A stretch of 63,901 nucleotides of DNA, filler included, from Octopus bimaculoides (Eukaryota), in NCBI RefSeq assembly GCF_001194135.2. It is 4 parts of 4 records of this genome, joined end to end, with 100 filler letters (N's around TTAATTAATTAA, not from the genome) between each part and the next. Parts side by side here need not be neighbours in the genome. Positions count along the whole stretch, not along the records: positions 31,564 to 55,333 come from NC_068985.1; 3 more parts are not named here. One strand, 5' to 3'. Position 1 is the stretch's first letter. The number at the start of each line of letters is the position of its first letter. This document shows, piece after piece, positions 40,402-53,600 of the stretch. The position numbers were made by a program, and so were the translations under genes. The notes beneath the pieces are model-generated. The model saw only the letters and a list, made by a program, of their open reading frames with translations. It made no database searches and was not told where the DNA came from.

Positions 40402-40445
<44 letters not shown>

Positions 40446-40673
40446 GTATATATGAAACAGAAAATGGAGAAATACTGATTACATCGATTATTATTTGTTA
40501 ATTCAATGTAAATTGACAGCCTCCCCTCTAATGAACATAATGCTTGTATATGTATGTCCATAGTTAAATATAGGTAATATAGCGGTAGTGTAAAGGATTC
40601 TTCTATACCTTACACGGTTATTTTAACTTCTAAATCAACTAACCTAGTAATATATATATATATGTGTGTGTAG

Positions 40674-40752
<79 letters not shown>

Positions 40753-40778
40753 GAGGTAGATAGGAAGATAGATAGATT

Positions 40779-40830
<52 letters not shown>

Positions 40831-41795
40831 CCTTGCAATTTGTAGTTATTGGCACTTAAATATGTGGATAAATCAGGATCTCAACATAAGCTGATATAAA
40901 TCTTAAGAAGACTCTCAAATACATTAATTTTCATAACAAGGTTCATTCACTGTCCTTATATTAATTTATTTTTGGCTTTTGATTTCTTTTTCTCCAGAAA
41001 AATAACAAAAAACCGTTGTATTTATAATTCATTCTATTTATTTACCTGGCAAGAAATGTTTATTATCAGATGTACGAGAAACCAAATAACAGTTTATTGA
41101 GAGTCAAAACGGCGTTATTAGCTAAAATCATGCCTCAAGACCTAGGAGACGCTGTAATTTATTTATTTATAAATATGTTATCACAGTATTTGAATTTTAT
41201 TTTTATCTAGTANNNNNNNNNNNNNNNNNNNNNNNNNNNNNNNNNNNNNNNNNNNNNNNNNNNNNNNNNNNNNNNNNNNNNNNNNNNNNNNNNNNNNNNN
41301 NNNNNNNNNNNNNNNNNNNNNNNNNNNNNNNNNNNNNNNNNNNNNNNNNNNNNNNNNNNNNNNNNNNNNNNNNNNNNNNNNNNNNNNNNNNNNNNNNNNN
41401 NNNNNNNNNNNNNNNNNNNNNNNNNNNNNNNNNNNNNNNNNNNNNNNNNNNNNNNNNNNNNNNNNNNNNNNNNNNNNNNNNNNNNNNNNNNNNNNNNNNN
41501 NNNNNNNNNNNNNNNNNNNNNNNNNNNNNNNNNNNNNNNNNNNNNNNNNNNNNNNNNNNNNNNNNNNNNNNNNNNNNNNNNNNNNNNNNNNNNNNNNNNN
41601 NNNNNNNNNNNNNNNNNNNNNNNNNNNNNNNNNNNNNNNNNNNNNNNNNNNNNNNNNNNNNNNNNNNNNNNNNNNNTATTAGCAGACGCTCAGGGAGGGA
41701 AAGAAAGGTACATATATACATATATATACACATACATACATACACACATGCATACATACATACATACATACATACATACATACATACATACATAC

Positions 41796-43370
41796 AAGCA
41801 AAGGTGTCATCAAACAAAAGCAGCACAAATAACAGTAACAATTCCAACGCAAGGATACACACTAAAATTTGTCAGATCTTATGTATCAAAATTTTTAATT
41901 CACCTTAACAACTATAGATCTTCTTTCAGGATGCCAGAGAAACGCAGTACAACGACACTCGCAGCATACGCATGGCGCCTAAAGGACGATCATAAGCTCT
42001 TTCACATCATGTGGAAATTATTAGAAAGTTGTGAACCCTATCGGAAAGGAACAAAGGTATGTAAATTATGTATGGCAGAAATATATATCATCCTAATTGA
42101 ACTCACATGAGTCACATGGCTACCTGAACTCCAGGGCGGAAGCCGTGAGGAGTTGTTCACATTTTCAAAAATTTTTACTTCAAAATTAGAAAACCTTGCT
42201 ATCAAGCGACGGGAGATAAATCGTCCGACTATACTTTTTAACAGGAATTTTCTTTCGACTATCAATGGCATTCATGTGATCTCTAAAAATATATTTTGCA
42301 GAGAACAGTTATTTTTTAGAGAAACTGATGATATGTCTGGTTCACGCTAGACATGAAACCAATAGTATTTCTCTAAATTTGTTACGTTACACATACAAAT
42401 AAATGAATAAGTATATATATATATATATATATATATNNNNNNNNNNNNNNNNNNNNNNNNNNNNNNNNNNNNNNNNNNNNNNNNNNNNNNNNNNNNNNNN
42501 NNNNNNNNNNNNNNNNNNNNNNNNNNNNNNNNNNNNNNNNNNNNNNNNNNNNNNNNNNNNNNNNNNNNNNNNNNNNNNNNNNNNNNNNNNNNNNNNNNNN
42601 NNNNNNNNNNNNNNNNNNNNNNNNNNNNNNNNNNNNNNNNNNNNNNNNNNNNNNNNNNNNNNNNNNNNNNNNNNNNNNNNNNNNNNNNNNNNNNNNNNNN
42701 NNNNNNNNNNNNNNNNNNNNNNNNNNNNNNNNNNNNNNNNNNNNNNNNNNNNNNNNNNNNNNNNNNNNNNNNNNNNNNNNNNNNNNNNNNNNNNNNNNNN
42801 NNNNNNNNNNNNNNNNNNNNNNNNNNNNNNNNNNNNNNNNNNNNNNNNNNNNNNNNNNNNNNNNNNNNNNNNNNNNNNNNTATATATATATATATATATT
42901 TATTACACTTTTTACGCATTTTTCTGCATTTTGCCTTCAGCTCTGTTTTTCCTCGTACATGTGCGTACGTAAACGTGTGTATGAACCTTTTTTGTGCGCG
43001 CGTGTGTGTGTGTGCGACCGTGTATGCGAGTATGTATATATTTTTTGGCGAATGTGTGGGTGAGCATGTGTGTGCTTCAAGTGAGGGTCGATGAGTATAT
43101 ACATATAGGCACATGTACGTGGGTGTGCGGACGTGCATGTGTATGTAGGGATGCGCGCTTTCGCTATTACCATGAACATTTTTACCCCCTTACCTTTACT
43201 CCCTCTCCTTACTTAGCTGTCATTCTAATAGCTCTTTTGTCTTAATAACAGTTAATCACAGTAATTTCCCTTTGTTTAACGGTCATTTTCATAGCATTTT
43301 ATCCGATGGCCTGATAACTGAAGAGATGCCGACGTTTTGTCATGGATACCGAATAATTGTCATTTGTTAT

Positions 43371-43374
<4 letters not shown>
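41796..43374 (+). mobile_element. PLE 3' end: GIY-YIG C-terminus, long 3' UTR (interrupted by a gap) and deleted hammerhead motif
   Basis: NNYRSSFRMPEKRSTTTLAAYAWRLKDD...MWKLLESCEPYRKGTKVCKLCMAE...YLNSRAEAVRSCSH; 42900-43374 is homologous to 59400-59980; flanked by (TACA)n and (CA)n. Confidence 0.85.
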
Positions 43375-43416
<42 letters not shown>

Positions 43417-44613
43417 ACACATACATACACACACGCGCATACACGCGCACACACGCACACACACACACGCACACATACACACACACACACATATATCACT
43501 TGGGTGTGTATGTATGTGCGTGCGTGTGCGTGTGTGTGTATGTGTGGGTGCCTGTGTCTGTATGTCTATGTATATTACCGTAGTGGAATGCAGTTCACTA
43601 CCACAAAATAGTGTAGATACTGTACTGCAAGGAATTTGAGTGTCTTGCGTTATTGGCTCCATTCGTTCTGAGTCCAAATTGCGCTGTGGCCTTCTTGAGC
43701 AGCAGATTTAATACATCGTTCAGTTTAGCAGCTCGATTTGACAACTTACGTGACTTTAGTGGAGTCCATTCAGTTCAGATTTCCGGTTATGTATACCTTT
43801 CTACTTCCTTCTTCCCAACACAGTCCGAAGTTCTGTAAAGGGGGGTCTTCAACACCTAACTTTCTAATCACATATATCCATCCAACTATTAACAGGTGAT
43901 TTCAAACCTTGACCTTGTACCATAAAAGAAACCATTACTTTACAGCCGAAAAATGTTTCCACAATACCTATGAAATAATTAGTAAATATTCCATATTAAC
44001 TTGAATATCTGGACATAGAATACAATACATTATGGAACTAAATTCAGTTCAATAATAGATTCTTTATTGTAAGTCTAGTAAACCGTTCTCTAATAGCTTC
44101 CTATGTTTAAAGTTAGTTGTATTCAATGATAAATATTCAATTAGTTGCTGCTGACCCTCGACAGCTGAGTATACGAAGATGATTTCATTCAGGTTCAAAT
44201 AGCAGCGTTAATAGAATATTTAAGCAGCATACATGCATGCATACTCCCGCACGCCTGCTTATATAGACACACAAATTCAGTGAGAGATTCATGCTGACAA
44301 GACTCATGAACAAATACACGCCATTTAAACATTTTCTATTCAACACGCACAGACACACACATACACGTTTTATTCTATTCCTTTCTCTCACTCGCTCTCT
44401 CCCTATATACGAGTGAGTTTGTGTCTATGTGCGTGTTTACACACGCATATATATGTATATATATGTATATATACATTTGTTCAAATACGTCACATATGTA
44501 TAAACATATGAACATATCAATCCATCAATCGGCTTGTCTGTCTATCTATCGATTCTACCAATCACATAACGCTATACTTAAAATATTAAGAATAATTCTT
44601 GTAAAAGAATATA

Positions 44614-44644
<31 letters not shown>

Positions 44645-44768
44645 GCATCTATATATANNNNNNNNNNNNNNNNNNNNNNNNNNNNNNNNNNNNNNNNNNN
44701 NNNNNNNNNNNNNNNNNNNNNNNNNNNNNNNNNNNNNNNNNNNNNNNNNNNNNNNNNNNNNNNNNNNN

Positions 44769-44802
<34 letters not shown>

Positions 44803-45026
44803 GTATGTATATGAAAACATATATATATATATATATAAATATATATATATCGAATATTTGTGGTTACCGTCACTGTCTACTATTTTGTTCCAATTATTTT
44901 CGAATTTGGTAAATGGATTCAGCTTTGTGTATTGGTTATAAAAATGAAAATAAAAATCATTTTTCTTCTAATTCCATAATTTAAAAGTTATTAGCCTTTA
45001 AAATTTGCAAAATTTGGGTATTTTAA

Positions 45027-45175
45027 CCAATCAGAAGCGAGCACTTTACACATCGCCGTGAATATCTGTTAGCATAGTAAGCAAGGAAGCACCACGTGTT
45101 CCATAGCTGATTGTGAAGAACTCTGTTTCCATAGTAACCAAAGACGCTGCGCATGCGCACAAGGAGTGTATATAA
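45027..45175. promoter_or_regulatory. Candidate promoter: CCAAT box, E-box, RFX X-box, NRF1 palindrome, TATA-like element
   Basis: CCAATCAG at 45027; CACGTG at 45093; GTTTCCATAGTAAC at 45125-45138; TGCGCATGCGCA at 45148-45159; TATATAA at 45169-45175; locally CpG-richer unique sequence. Confidence 0.55.
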
Positions 45176-46531
45176 TGTCTGCATACGACACTGTGTTCTT
45201 CCAGGAACCACTATCTTCAGTGACCTGTGGCGAGCTTATAATCATACCCCAAAAATTGTGGGCTATGATTTCAAACATAAACTGTAAACCATAGCATTGA
45301 ATTTATAAATTCAAAAGACGTGACTCAAACTCAACAAATTGAGAGTACCTGTACATCTGTAAGGCGTGGAAACAAATGCTGGTGTGGGACACATCGTTCC
45401 ACGGTAGACTATGAATCTNNNNNNNNNNTACGTGACCAGTATTCGGCAAAGCCTAATCTTTCTTTCTTGGTTGGACTACCATCCGTGCAACATCTAAATT
45501 CTTCCCTGTGACTGTCACATCTTATGTCCCTGCAGTAAGGCTTTACTTCCACACATACCAACTTAATTTAATTCGTCTTTAGTCGAAAGACCCCCGTTCT
45601 TAATGTCCTGTTATTTGTATTTGTGTATCATTTCTCCGTTTTTTTTTTCGTCGTTGTTTTCGTATACATTCGCTGCTTTCTTCCAAGGAATCTAGTTCTC
45701 TTAGCTTAGTTTTTCCTTGGGGCTGGCCAGAGTGGAGCAATCTCGAGTATAACCGGCCAACATTGCAAAGAAAATCTGAAACTCAATTGAGGAAAGAAAA
45801 CTCCCAATGACCTGTCCTTGTTTTCTTTGTATCGTCTGTCTGGATGTTTTATTGACATTTTTTTGTATCACCTAACTGNNNNNNNNNNNNNNNNNNNNNN
45901 NNNNNNNNNNNNNNNNNNNNNNNNNNNNNNNNNNNNNNNNNNNNNNNNNNNNNNNNNNNNNNNNNNNNNNNNNNNNNNNNNNNNNNNNNNNNNNNNNNNN
46001 NNNNNNNNNNNNNNNNNNNNNNNNNNNNNNNNNNNNNNNNNNNNNNNNNNNNNNNNNNNNNNNNNNNNNNNNNNNNNNNNNNNNNNNNNNNNNNNNNNNN
46101 NNNNNNNNNNNNNNNNNNNNNNNNNNNNNNNNNNNNNNNNNNNNNNNNNNNNNNNNNNNNNNNNNNNNNNNNNNNNNNNNNNNNNNNNNNNNNNNNNNNN
46201 NNNNNNNNNNNNNNNNNNNNNNNNNNNNNNNNNNNNNNNNNNNNNNNNNNNNNNNNNNNNNNNNNNNNNNNNNNNNNNNNNNNNNNNNNNNNNNNNNNNN
46301 NNNNNNNNNNNNNNNNNNNNNNNNNNNNNNNNNNNNNNNNNNNNNNNNNNNNNNNNNNNNNNNNNNNNNNNNNNNNNNNNNNNNNNNNNNNNNNNNNNNN
46401 NNNNNNNNNNNNNNNNNNNNNNNNNNNNNNNNNNNNNNNNNNNNNNNNNNNNNNNNNNNNNNNNNNNNNNNNNNNNNNNNNNNNNNNNNNNNNNNNNNNN
46501 NNNNNNNNNNNNNNNNNNNNNNNNNNNNNNN

Positions 46532-46590
<59 letters not shown>

Positions 46591-47917
46591 GATCCATATA
46601 CATACCTATATACGTACTTGTATACAGACGCACGCGCGCAAACATACGCACACGTATACACACATGCATATATGTGTGTATGTGTAGATGTGTACATGTA
46701 CACCTATGCACACATACCTCCACACGCATAAATATAGACAGACACACGCAGAGATATAAGCACATACACACATCCTTCTATGAACGATAGAATAAATACC
46801 AGTCGAACACTGGTGTCAATGTAATCGAATAACGCCATTACCCAAAATTTCACGTCTTGTGCCTTCAATAGATCGTAATATTTATTTATTTATTTATGTT
46901 TCATTTTACACTTAAACTTATGAACACACATCTAAGTTACAGTTCAGTTTTACCAATGCTGTCCTTAGACGAATTCCAGTTATACGCACACTAGGGCAAT
47001 TGACACGTATATTTATTAGTGTTCATCTGTAAATCTAGCTATTTCTTTCTATGTATACACACACACACAAACACGCGGGCGCATACATACGCGCACACAC
47101 ACACACACACGCACATATATATATACACAGGCAGATATGTATGTATGAATTTATGTATGTATGTATGTATAAGCATATATCTATTTTTATTTCTATACGT
47201 ACTTGCGAATCTGCTTATATGTGTGATTGCGCGCGTGTGCTGCGCGAGTGTGTCACGCGCACATGTATGTGTATGCGTGTGTGTGTGACTGTGTTTGTAA
47301 ATGTGTGTGTGTACATGTATTTTCCTTCTTATGGCGCAGTTAAGCCTTTGTATTTACGCAAAGTGCAAACGTTATTAATCTCACAGTTTACTAACTAAAT
47401 TCTCTCTGTGCGATAGTTTTCAAAAGAACAATGTAATCTCTGCATATTATAGGAGACATTTTCACCAAATACCATTATTTAGTCAGGAACCATTGATTAA
47501 ATATAAAAGGGTTTGGCGATGGCTTGAGGAGCAAACCTTAATGAACCAGATAATATTTTCGTTCGCTATTGTAATAAACTACAAGTTATCAAAAGGTTTA
47601 TTGACTTGTCTCATTCTAGTTGATGCTTAAATGAATGTTATCTTCTATCTTGCAGAGATCTCTACTTACTTGTTCTTCTGGCAAGTCTATTATATATGCT
47701 TTAGTTGCTGGCATCAATAGAATTTCTCTCTGAAGAGATATTGTTATCGTCATTATAAACATATCTACATTATCGGGATTTTCCATTATGACTCCCAAGT
47801 ATCACTTTGGCCTTAAAAGATTTGCTTCTATGGTTGTATATGAAGTACAGAAGCTATTAAAATAAACTAAGGTGTAAGTTCAAGTTGCAGACAGTTTTTG
47901 CTGTATATGCTGAGATT

Positions 47918-47950
<33 letters not shown>

Positions 47951-47960
47951 TTATGATCAA

Positions 47961-48125
47961 GGCGGCGAGCTGGCAGAATCGTTAGCACGCCGGGAGAAAT
48001 GCTTAGCGGTATTTCGCCCGTGGCTATCTTCTGAGTTCAAATTCCATTAAAACACTGGTCTCGATGTAATCGATTCATCTCCTCCTCCGAAGCTGCTGCC
48101 CTTGTGACAAAATGTGAAACCATTA
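47961..48125 (+). mobile_element. tRNA-derived SINE with internal deletion
   Basis: GGCGGCGAGCTGGCAGAATCGTTAGCACGCCGGG head and CTGAGTTCAAATTCC B-box; the middle segment present in other copies is missing. Confidence 0.85.
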
Positions 48126-49119
48126 TTATCATCCTTCTCATCCTCCTCCTCCTCATCATAATCATCATCACCGCCCAGATTTTGCCTTCGTAAAATATAA
48201 AATGAACAAATCCATTCCAAATCAATCTCAGTAATCAGAAGTTCTCGCTCCTTACAGAAGGATCGTATTTATATAGTATCATTATACACATCGAGAAACT
48301 CAAGGATTGATCAGTGCCATGGTCATCTTTCTGATTACAGCACTAGTACCAATTAGACATAACTTTAGATGTCTATGAAATATTCTTTGGCATTGTTTGG
48401 CGTCTGACGTGAGGTAGGTTGGCTGAATCATTTAAGCTTCGGACTACATGCCTTGCAGGGTTTCTTCTAGATACTTACCATCTGTTTTCAAACAAAGCGA
48501 GGTCAGTTTTGCTTATCACACATCTGAGACAGATAAATTAAAGTGCAAGTCAAGCATGTATTCGAGATAATCACTCTCTCGTTAAAAATAGTAATTATTA
48601 TACACCACTTTCGTAACCTAAGACAAATCCTGCAACAGTGATCATAAGTGAATTTTTGAAAAGCATAATAAAAAATATTTTTCCTCACCTGAATTTATTA
48701 TCTTTTTCATGCGAATCGTGAATTTGTGGTCTCTATTAGTTTTCGTAATTCATTAATTTCAGGTTGAGCGCTTCTGGCAATATTATACACCGAATGGACT
48801 TCGTCACACATTGGTGCACTTAAATTTCCCATATATGACACTTATAACATTTCCTAAGGTTCAGCACGATAGTAGAAGCTAACACAGCCTAACTTACGCT
48901 GAGCAACAGTAGTAAAAATGAATGCATCCACAAATCTCTTTTTGCTCTTGTGTTCCCGCCAAGGACTATTTTGAATGAACAGGGTATTGAGATGTATTCT
49001 CTCAATACCCTGTTCATTTACTCCCTCTATCTTCTTGATCTGACTCTCTTATCTCTTCTTCTTTCCTTGCTCCAACACTTCTAGCACTCCCACTTGGCAA
49101 CCTACATACTCTAGCCACT

Positions 49120-49548
49120 ACTATTTGCTCGCCTTCCATTGCACCCAATCTGTCATTGTTTCATCTGGTACAGTGGACGGGAGAATGTCCAATTCCTTTT
49201 GAAGACATCCACGTCCACATTTTGTAGGTTTCTTGATATATATGTAGGTTTCTTAATTTTAGGAGCAGCTCATTGGAGAACTGCGGGACTTCCAACCCTG
49301 AGTTATTTCAGTACATGATCCTGATTTTTTGATGGAGTGGAATGTACCTTTGGTACAATATAATCGAGTCTCGTTCGGGCATGTGTATAACACAATTAGG
49401 TACCAGCACTTCCAGAATATTCCACATGTAGATTCTTACATATCTGTCGCGTCTTCGATCCAGGGAGTAAAGTCGTAGTTGTTTTGAGTCTCTCTCTGTA
49501 GCTCTTCTGTTGCACTGTAAGGATCTTTTTATGTAGAGCCGATTCAAG
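49120..49548 (-). mobile_element. CR1/L2-like LINE 3' end, decayed
   Basis: LRLYSLDRRRDRYVRIYMWNILEVLVPN and a downstream VDVDVFKR..D-like segment typical of the ORF2 C-terminus of this LINE group. Confidence 0.75.
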
Positions 49549-50751
49549 CTCTGCTAATAATTTGTCGCTATGTGGTTATTACAGCTGAGACTGTGGGCAC
49601 CACACACACACACGTAAGCACATACATATATTATATAGATATAAAAATGTACATACATATACAAAGGTGTATATATATACACACATATANNNNNNNNNNN
49701 NNNNNNNNNNNNNNNNNNNNNNNNNNNNNNNNNNNNNNNNNNNNNNNNNNNNNNNNNNNNNNNNNNNNNNNNNNNNNNNNNNNNNNNNNNNNNNNNNNNN
49801 NNNNNNNNNNNNNNNNNNNNNNNNNNNNNNNNNNNNNNNNNNNNNNNNNNNNNNNNNNNNNNNNNNNNNNNNNNNNNNNNNNNNNNNNNNNNNNNNNNNN
49901 NNNNNNNNNNNNNNNNNNNNNNNNNNNNNNNNNNNNNNNNNNNNNNNNNNNNNNNNNNNNNNNNNNNNNNNNNNNNNNNNNNNNNNNNNNNNNNNNNNNN
50001 NNNNNNNNNNNNNNNNNNNNNNNNNNNNNNNNNNNNNNNNNNNNNNNNNNNNNNNNNNNNNNNNNNNNNNNNNNNNNNNNNNNNNNNNNNNNNNNNNNNN
50101 NNNNNNNNNNNNNNNNNNNNNNNNNNNNNNNNNNNNNNNNNNNNNNNNNNNNNNNNNNNNNNNNNNNNNNNNNNNNNNNNNNNNNNNNNNNNNNNNNNNN
50201 NNNTATATATATATATATATATGTATATATACGTATGGTTTGTTTTTAAGAAACACCAATAATATTTAGTCTCTCTTATGTACAACAAAACCGGTTAATT
50301 TTCTAGTTATGGAGAAAATCTCTTCTATTTTAGTATGGCAAAGTAGTTCTACATTCAGAATTCAAAATATGTTTAAACGTGAAATGCAGAGTACGTCATT
50401 GATTAGTATTAGCATTGAGTAGTATAAGCAAGGAATCTGCTCAAGGAAGTCAAGGGAGACAACTGTCAAATTAAAATTAATACTAATTTATAAAAACAGA
50501 ATTAGTTGTAAACATGTGCTCTGGTAGTAAGAGAAACAAATACATTCATATTTCGATCACGTTAGCTTTCCTCATTGAAGCATAGTCTTACCATTCTTTG
50601 AAGTTGATACAGAAATCAGATTTCATTTTCTAAACTTTTATATATTATCTAGTCATTACCCCGAGGCGTAGATATATTCGATATGAGATAAATATTGGAA
50701 GACATTTACTATTCTTCCTCCCAGCTCACTGTTTTATCTTTACTATTATTG

Positions 50752-50832
50752 AAGCGGTAAGCTGACAGAATCTTTAGCATATCGAAAGAAAGCGCAGTGG
50801 CATTTCTTCTCTCCTTACATTCTGAGTTCAAA
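50752..50832 (+). mobile_element. Truncated SINE head
   Basis: GCGGTAAGCTGACAGAATC...CTGAGTTCAAATT, same family as 47961. Confidence 0.65.
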
Positions 50833-50837
50833 TTTCT

Positions 50838-50870
50838 CCTAACCCTAAAACCCGAACCCTAACCCTAAAA
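50838..50870. repeat. Short interstitial telomere-like (CCCTAA) tract
   Basis: CCTAACCCTAAAACCCGAACCCTAACCCTAAAA. Confidence 0.6.
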
Positions 50871-51928
50871 CTAGTACAAACGCACGAACGATGTCATAAA
50901 TAACAGTACCACCGATAGTTGTTGTTGACAAACAACGGCATTAATTTTGTTCAAGCGAAAAGATCCCATTACACCACCACAACGTGTTGTAGTAATTGTT
51001 TTCACCTCAATAGACGTCAGTGATTGGGTGAAATTACCGAAATACAACATTTAACATGATATAACTTAGAATATAGAAAATTTTCTTAACAAGGCTAAGA
51101 GAAAAAGATGTTCTATATGACACATTCTACCAGTATCCCAAGTTTGAAAGTGTCCGCCAAATCATANNNNNNNNNNNNNNNNNNNNNNNNNNNNNNNNNN
51201 NNNNNNNNNNNNNNNNNNNNNNNNNNNNNNNNNNNNNNNNNNNNNNNNNNNNNNNNNNNNNNNNNNNNNNNNNNNNNNNNNNNNNNNNNNNNNNNNNNNN
51301 NNNNNNNNNNNNNNNNNNNNNNNNNNNNNNNNNNNNNNNNNNNNNNNNNNNNNNNNNNNNNNNNNNNNNNNNNNNNNNNNNNNNNNNNNNNNNNNNNNNN
51401 NNNNNNNNNNNNNNNNNNNNNNNNNNNNNNNNNNNNNNNNNNNNNNNNNNNNNNNNNNNNNNNNNNNNNNNNNNNNNNNNNNNNNNNNNNNNNNNNNNNN
51501 NNNNNNNNNNNNNNNNNNNNNNNNNNNNNNNNNNNNNNNNNNNNNNNNNNNNNNNNNNNNNNNNNNNNNNNNNNNNNNNNNNNNNNNNNNNNNNNNNNNN
51601 NNNNNNNNNNNNNNNNNNNNNNNNNNNNNNNNNNNNNNNNNNNNNNNNNNNNNNNNNNNNNNNNNNNNNNNNNNNNNNNNNNNNNNNNNNNNNNNNNNNN
51701 NNNNNNNNNNNNNNNNNNNNNNNNNNNNNNNNNNNNNNNNNNNNNNNNNNNNNNNNNNNNNNNNNNNNNNNNNNNNNNNNNNNNNNNNNNNNNNNNNNNN
51801 NNNNNNNNNNNNNNNNNNNNNNNNNNNNNNNNNNNNNNNNNNNNNNNNNNNNNNNNNNNNNNNNNNNNNNNNNNNNNNNNNNNNNNNNNNNNNNNNNNNN
51901 NNNNNNNNNNNNNNNNNNNNNNNNNNNN

Positions 51929-51969
<41 letters not shown>

Positions 51970-52679
51970 TATATACATATCACATTTATATATGGAGGTA
52001 TCAAATTATATTGGAATCGACTTCCTCCTTCAACTATTTTAGGATTTACAAGCAAATAGTACCAGTCATAAGTTGAGACATTTCAGCCGTTAGTAATCCA
52101 CCTCAACAAATGCGATGCCAAGTACTAATTTAAGAAATCATTATTTGTCGAGAAATGATGGATATAATAACAATTTATTTCTAGTATTCCAGATATCTCA
52201 AATTTGCTGCATACGTAAAGAAACAATTATTTTCCGTCTTGTTTGTGATGTTGTTTTTGTGTTCGTTGTTGTTAATGTTGATAAATGCTTTTATTTCTAG
52301 ATGCTATGGAATTTAGTGTTGCCTTTTTACTTTCGCTGCTCTCAAAGTACCATTATCCAATTTCTAACATGTAAGGAAAGCCATAATAGAATTAATGGAA
52401 AATATTTTGTGAAATATCCTTCCAATCCCACTTATTTTTTTTTTATTTTTATGTATTTGTTTGTTAGTTATATTGCAAGGGTGAAGGTTCTTGGTATAAA
52501 TTGAATCCTCGCTTACAAATAGGCTGTTTATTTTGCAGTGCTGCTTCTGTAACATCTCTAATACAAAACTGTAATAGATCTCAATTATCGAGATAAATTG
52601 GATTTGATATCTATGTTATTGATGTTGTTGAGGGAGGGGCCTTACTGTTAGTATTTTTGGGTTTGATGATCACGTCGTA

Positions 52680-53113
52680 GTTGTTGTTGTTGTTGTTATT
52701 GAAGGTGGTGGAGGTGGAGGTAATACAGTTGCAGTTTGAGCTGGTGGTGGTGGTGGTGGTGGTGGTGGTAGTGGTGGTGGTGGTGGTGACGGTGGTGGTG
52801 GCGGGGATAACGGTGCTGTTGTTGTTGCTTGTAATGGTGATGGTAGTGAAGATGATGGTGTATTGTGTGTTGTTATTGCGAATTGNNNNNNNNNNNNNNN
52901 NNNNNNNNNNNNNNNNNNNNNNNNNNNNNNNNNNNNNNNNNNNNNNNNNNNNNNNNNNNNNNNNNNNNNNNNNNNNNNNNNNNNNNNNNNNNNNNNNNNN
53001 NNNNNNNNNNNNNNNNNNNNNNNNNNNNNNNNNNNNNNNNNNNNNNGATATTGTTGAGGTTAATGACGTTGCGTTAAATTCTCTTCTTGTTTTTGTTATT
53101 GTTGTGGCCGTTC

Positions 53114-53185
<72 letters not shown>

Positions 53186-53243
53186 TCTTTATTTTTACTA
53201 TTATTGTTGTTACTATTGCTAGTGCTGTTGTTGCTGTTGTTGC

Positions 53244-53306
<63 letters not shown>

Positions 53307-53600
53307 CATTATTATCATTATTGCTATTGGTGTTGTTGTTGTTGTTGTTGTTGTTATTACTTTGTAGTTCATAGTGTTCTTGTTAGTAACGATAGTAATG
53401 AACGATGGAGGCGGCAGTGTGTTTGTTGTTTACATCGGATTTATTCGGGTCGGAGTTAAATGTGTTATTGTGTATCGATGATGATGGTGGTGGTGGTGAT
53501 GGTGATGATGATGATGGTGGTGGTGGTGGTGGTGGTGGTGGTGTTGATAATCATGATGATTATAATGGCGAAGAGGAGGAGGATCATGTTGTTTTTACGG
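52680..53600. repeat. Mosaic trinucleotide low-complexity region (GTT, GGT, CAT, CGT, ATT, GAT)
   Basis: Read directly; includes an N gap. Confidence 0.92.

Noticed and set aside
48595-48630. Minus-strand GFVLGYESGV resembling the sugar-transporter GFLFGYDTGV motif
   Set aside because: Immediately followed by two stop codons with no usable donor.
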